Source: Candidatus Nealsonbacteria bacterium DGGOD1a (lineage in GTDB: Bacteria; Patescibacteriota; Minisyncoccia; Minisyncoccales; UBA5738). From it: 64,000 nucleotides of DNA. The position numbers and the translations under genes were made by a program. Shown here in pieces: positions 61,619-64,000 of the stretch. Numbering within the stretch: the stretch's first letter is position 1; each line of letters starts with the position of its first letter. The notes under the pieces were generated by a model that had not been told where the DNA came from, did no database searches, and saw only the letters and a program-made list of their open reading frames with translations. The stretch spans positions 649,525 to 713,524 of the forward strand of contig CP092821.1 in the NCBI GenBank assembly GCA_022530585.1, written 5' to 3'.

Positions 61619-62731
61619 TTACTTCGGGGGTTCCAATTCTTTGGTTTCGATCAGGACTTCGCGGAGCTGGTCAAGGTTTTCCAGCACCATGCCCGCGCCG
61701 CGGACGACGCTGGTTTTGGGATCTTCCACGGTTTTCACCGGCATCCGCGTTTCCTTGGCGATCAACTCGTCCAAACCGCGCAACTGGCTACCGCCGCCGC
61801 ACAAATAGATGCCGTTGGCCATAATGTCGGAAACCAGTTCCGGCGGCGTTTCTTCAATGGCCATCTTAATTTCATTGACAATCTGGCGCACCGATTTATC
61901 AATCGCGCGCCGGATCTCATCTTCGGAAATCACGATTTCTTCGGGCAAACCGGTCACCAAATTGCGGCCGCGCATTTTAAAATCGCGTTTGACGGGTTTT
62001 TCTTTTTTCGCCGCCGCGGATCCGGCCTTGCCCGCGGCGCTATCCGAAGAATAGGCCAAACCAATGCCTATTTTAATGTTCTCGGCCATCCGTTCGCCGA
62101 TAAGTAATTTATATTCGTCCTGAACGAATTGCATTATATCTTCACAGAGCTTGTCTCCGGCAATCCGCAAACTTTTTCCCAATACGATGCCGCCCAATGA
62201 AATTACCGCGATCTCGGTGGTGCCGCCGCCCAAATCAACCACAAAACTTCCCTGCGCTTCCTGTATCGGCAAACGAATGCCGATTGCCGAAGCCATTGGT
62301 TCTTCAATCAAATAAACTTCGCGCGCGCCCGCGGAACGGCCGGCGTCAATCACGGCTTTTTTTTCCACTTCCGTCACCCCGACCGGCACGCCCACAATCA
62401 CCCGCGGCCTCATATTGAAAATCAGCCGCCGTTTGCGCGCTTTCTCGATAAAATAACGGAACATTTGTTCGGTAACTTCAAAATCCGAAATCACTCCGTG
62501 GCGCATAGGCCTGACCGCCGTAATATGCGACGGCGTGCGGCCCACCATTTTTTTGGCTTCTTCGCCCACTGCCAAAATCTGGCCGGTTTTCTGATTGACC
62601 GCCACCACCGACGGTTCAAACATCACAATCCCCCTTCCTTGAACATAGACCACACAATTGGCCGTGCCCAGATCAATGGCCATATCTTCGGAGAATAACT
62701 TGGTTAATTTATCCCAGAATTTCATCTTCAT
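61619..62731 (-). CDS. mreB: Rod-shape-determining actin homologue MreB (with a Lys/Ala-rich insertion)
   Basis: MAIDLGTANC, VVDLGGGTTE and ICGGGSQLRGLD motifs. About 16 extra residues (SSDSAAGKAGSAAAKKEKPVKRDF) relative to the E. coli segment I recall. Confidence 0.92.
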   Translation of the reverse strand: MKMKFWDKLTKLFSEDMAIDLGTANCVVYVQGRGIVMFEPSVVAVNQKTGQILAVGEEAKKMVGRTPSHITAVRPMRHGVISDFEVTEQMFRYFIEKARKRRLIFNMRPRVIVGVPVGVTEVEKKAVIDAGRSAGAREVYLIEEPMASAIGIRLPIQEAQGSFVVDLGGGTTEIAVISLGGIVLGKSLRIAGDKLCEDIMQFVQDEYKLLIGERMAENIKIGIGLAYSSDSAAGKAGSAAAKKEKPVKRDFKMRGRNLVTGLPEEIVISEDEIRRAIDKSVRQIVNEIKMAIEETPPELVSDIMANGIYLCGGGSQLRGLDELIAKETRMPVKTVEDPKTSVVRGAGMVLENLDQLREVLIETKELEPPK

Positions 62732-62735
62732 TTTT

Positions 62736-63986
62736 CTAAAATTTATAGTCCGCGATCTCGCCCAAACCGATCAATTTAATTTCCAATTCGCCGCGCTTTT
62801 TTAATTCAACGCTGTTTTTTTCCAGCGTTTTCGCGCCAACAACGATCCGGTTGGGTATGCCAAAAAGGTCGCTGTCTTTGAATTTCTCCCCGGCGGATTT
62901 GCCCGCCCGGTCATCGTATAGTACTTCGATTTCATTTTTTTGTAAATCTTGGCAAATTTTTTGGCTGGTTTCTTTTATCCGGCGATTGGTCTCTTCGTCT
63001 TTTGATTCCAACTCTATCAAGTGCGCGGCAAATGGCGCAACCGCCGCGGGCCAAACGATTCCCGCGTCGTCATGGCAAATTTCGGCGATCGTGCCCATCA
63101 CGCGCGTCAAACCAATGCCATAGCAACACATCAAAACCGGCAATTTGCATCCATCGCCGCCGGTCGCTTCAAAACCGAACGCGCCGCTGAATTTTGTTCC
63201 CAACTTGAAGATATTTCCAACCTCAATCGTTTTTTTCTCGCTGAATTTCTCGCCGCCGCATTCCGGACACTTCGGATATTCGGATTTTATTTCGCGATTG
63301 ATCGCGATCCCGCAATTATCGCAAAGATAGATCAAATCCTCGCCCGCTTCCGTGGCGGTTTGGAATTCGTGGGAAAACTTGGAAAAAGTTCCGCCGCTCG
63401 ATAAGGTCAAATAAGTATCCTGAACTATGCCCGCTTGCTTGAAGATCGAAAAATACGCTTCCTTCACCCGTTCGTAATATTCATCGCAGTCTTTCTGGCC
63501 GATATGAAAAGAATATAAATCTTTCATCAAAAATTCCCGGCCGCGCAACAATCCGGATTTGGCGCGCAATTCATTGCGGAATTTGGTTTGAATCTGGTAA
63601 ATGGCAAAAGGGAAATCTTTATAGGAAAAAGCGAATTTCTTCGCCAAAGGGGTAACCACTTCTTCAAGCGTGGCCGCCAACCCGTATTCCTCCCCTCCGG
63701 CGCCTTTGAGTTTAAAAAGGTCGTAATTCCAGCGGCCGGTGGTTTCCCAATTTTTCTTGGGTACAAGCGCGGGCATAATCACGCGCTGGGCGTCCAGCCC
63801 GTCCATCGCGGCGGCAATGATCTTTTCGATCTTTTGAAGCGTCCGCAAACCAAGCGGCAGAATCGTGTAAACCCCGGCCGCGGTTTTATCAATAAAACCG
63901 GCGCGCGATAACAATCGCGTACCCGCGCTGGTTTCGTCCCCGGAAACTTCTTTTTGAGTTTTGGTGAAAAGTTGAGACTGCCTCAT
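62736..63986 (-). CDS. proS: Prolyl-tRNA synthetase, bacterial-like but lacking the INS editing domain (416 aa)
   Basis: Class II motif 2 FRNELRAKSGLLRGREFLMKD and motif 3 GCYGIGLTR. CDNCG...CPECGG occupies the INS position. Confidence 0.92.
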   Translation of the reverse strand: MRQSQLFTKTQKEVSGDETSAGTRLLSRAGFIDKTAAGVYTILPLGLRTLQKIEKIIAAAMDGLDAQRVIMPALVPKKNWETTGRWNYDLFKLKGAGGEEYGLAATLEEVVTPLAKKFAFSYKDFPFAIYQIQTKFRNELRAKSGLLRGREFLMKDLYSFHIGQKDCDEYYERVKEAYFSIFKQAGIVQDTYLTLSSGGTFSKFSHEFQTATEAGEDLIYLCDNCGIAINREIKSEYPKCPECGGEKFSEKKTIEVGNIFKLGTKFSGAFGFEATGGDGCKLPVLMCCYGIGLTRVMGTIAEICHDDAGIVWPAAVAPFAAHLIELESKDEETNRRIKETSQKICQDLQKNEIEVLYDDRAGKSAGEKFKDSDLFGIPNRIVVGAKTLEKNSVELKKRGELEIKLIGLGEIADYKF

Positions 63987-64000
63987 ACCGGATAATTTAG

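Overview
This 64-kb window is gene-dense, mostly transcribed on the minus strand, and dominated by housekeeping genes. Gene content looks like a reduced-genome, CPR/Patescibacteria-like bacterium; that lineage call is an inference from short aaRS genes, a type IV pilus operon and no visible lipid-synthesis genes, not something I tested. The code is standard: TGA ends clear genes, for example tsaC.

Recognisable content:
- Four aminoacyl-tRNA synthetases (gltX, aspS, valS, proS) and gatC-gatA.
- A fragmented dcw/mur cluster: mraZ-rsmH-ftsL-ftsI at 37-41 kb, murC at 20-21 kb, and mraY-(PP-loop protein)-murD-ftsW-murG at 2-9 kb.
- hrcA-grpE-dnaK-dnaJ, mreB, glnA, efp, pyrH, coaD, prmC, tsaC, thpR and corA.
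- A pilB-pilC-plus-five-pseudopilin type IV pilus operon, a hicB-hicA module, and six tRNAs: Glu-CUC, Lys-UUU, Asp-GUC and two or three CAU-type.

No rRNA, CRISPR array, transposase or complete prophage is visible.

Observations I rate highest:
1. The glnA leader carries a good promoter, two hexaloop hairpins (A1/G4) and an overlapping intrinsic terminator. This is the ANTAR substrate architecture, and a GAF-ANTAR protein is encoded 2.4 kb upstream.
2. The pilus operon encodes a 502-aa pseudopilin fused to an LVIVD-like beta-propeller.
3. At least four families of short structured intergenic repeats are present. One is a MITE with perfect 24-bp terminal inverted repeats. Another is a ~110-nt AT-rich palindrome present as two near-identical copies inside the hrcA-grpE-dnaK operon, which has no CIRCE operator.
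4. A PP-loop protein lies between mraY and murD and may be a MurL-type epimerase. It is followed by a 419-nt structured non-coding gap.
5. An AT-rich islet next to tRNA-Glu carries XRE, NYN-domain and membrane genes plus iteron-like direct repeats.
6. Lipid-related genes that are unexpected here: a 931-aa secreted lipase with an acyl-ACP-reductase-like enzyme, and an inositol-phosphate synthase with a CDP-alcohol phosphatidyltransferase.

All family assignments come from motifs I read in the translations. No database search was run.
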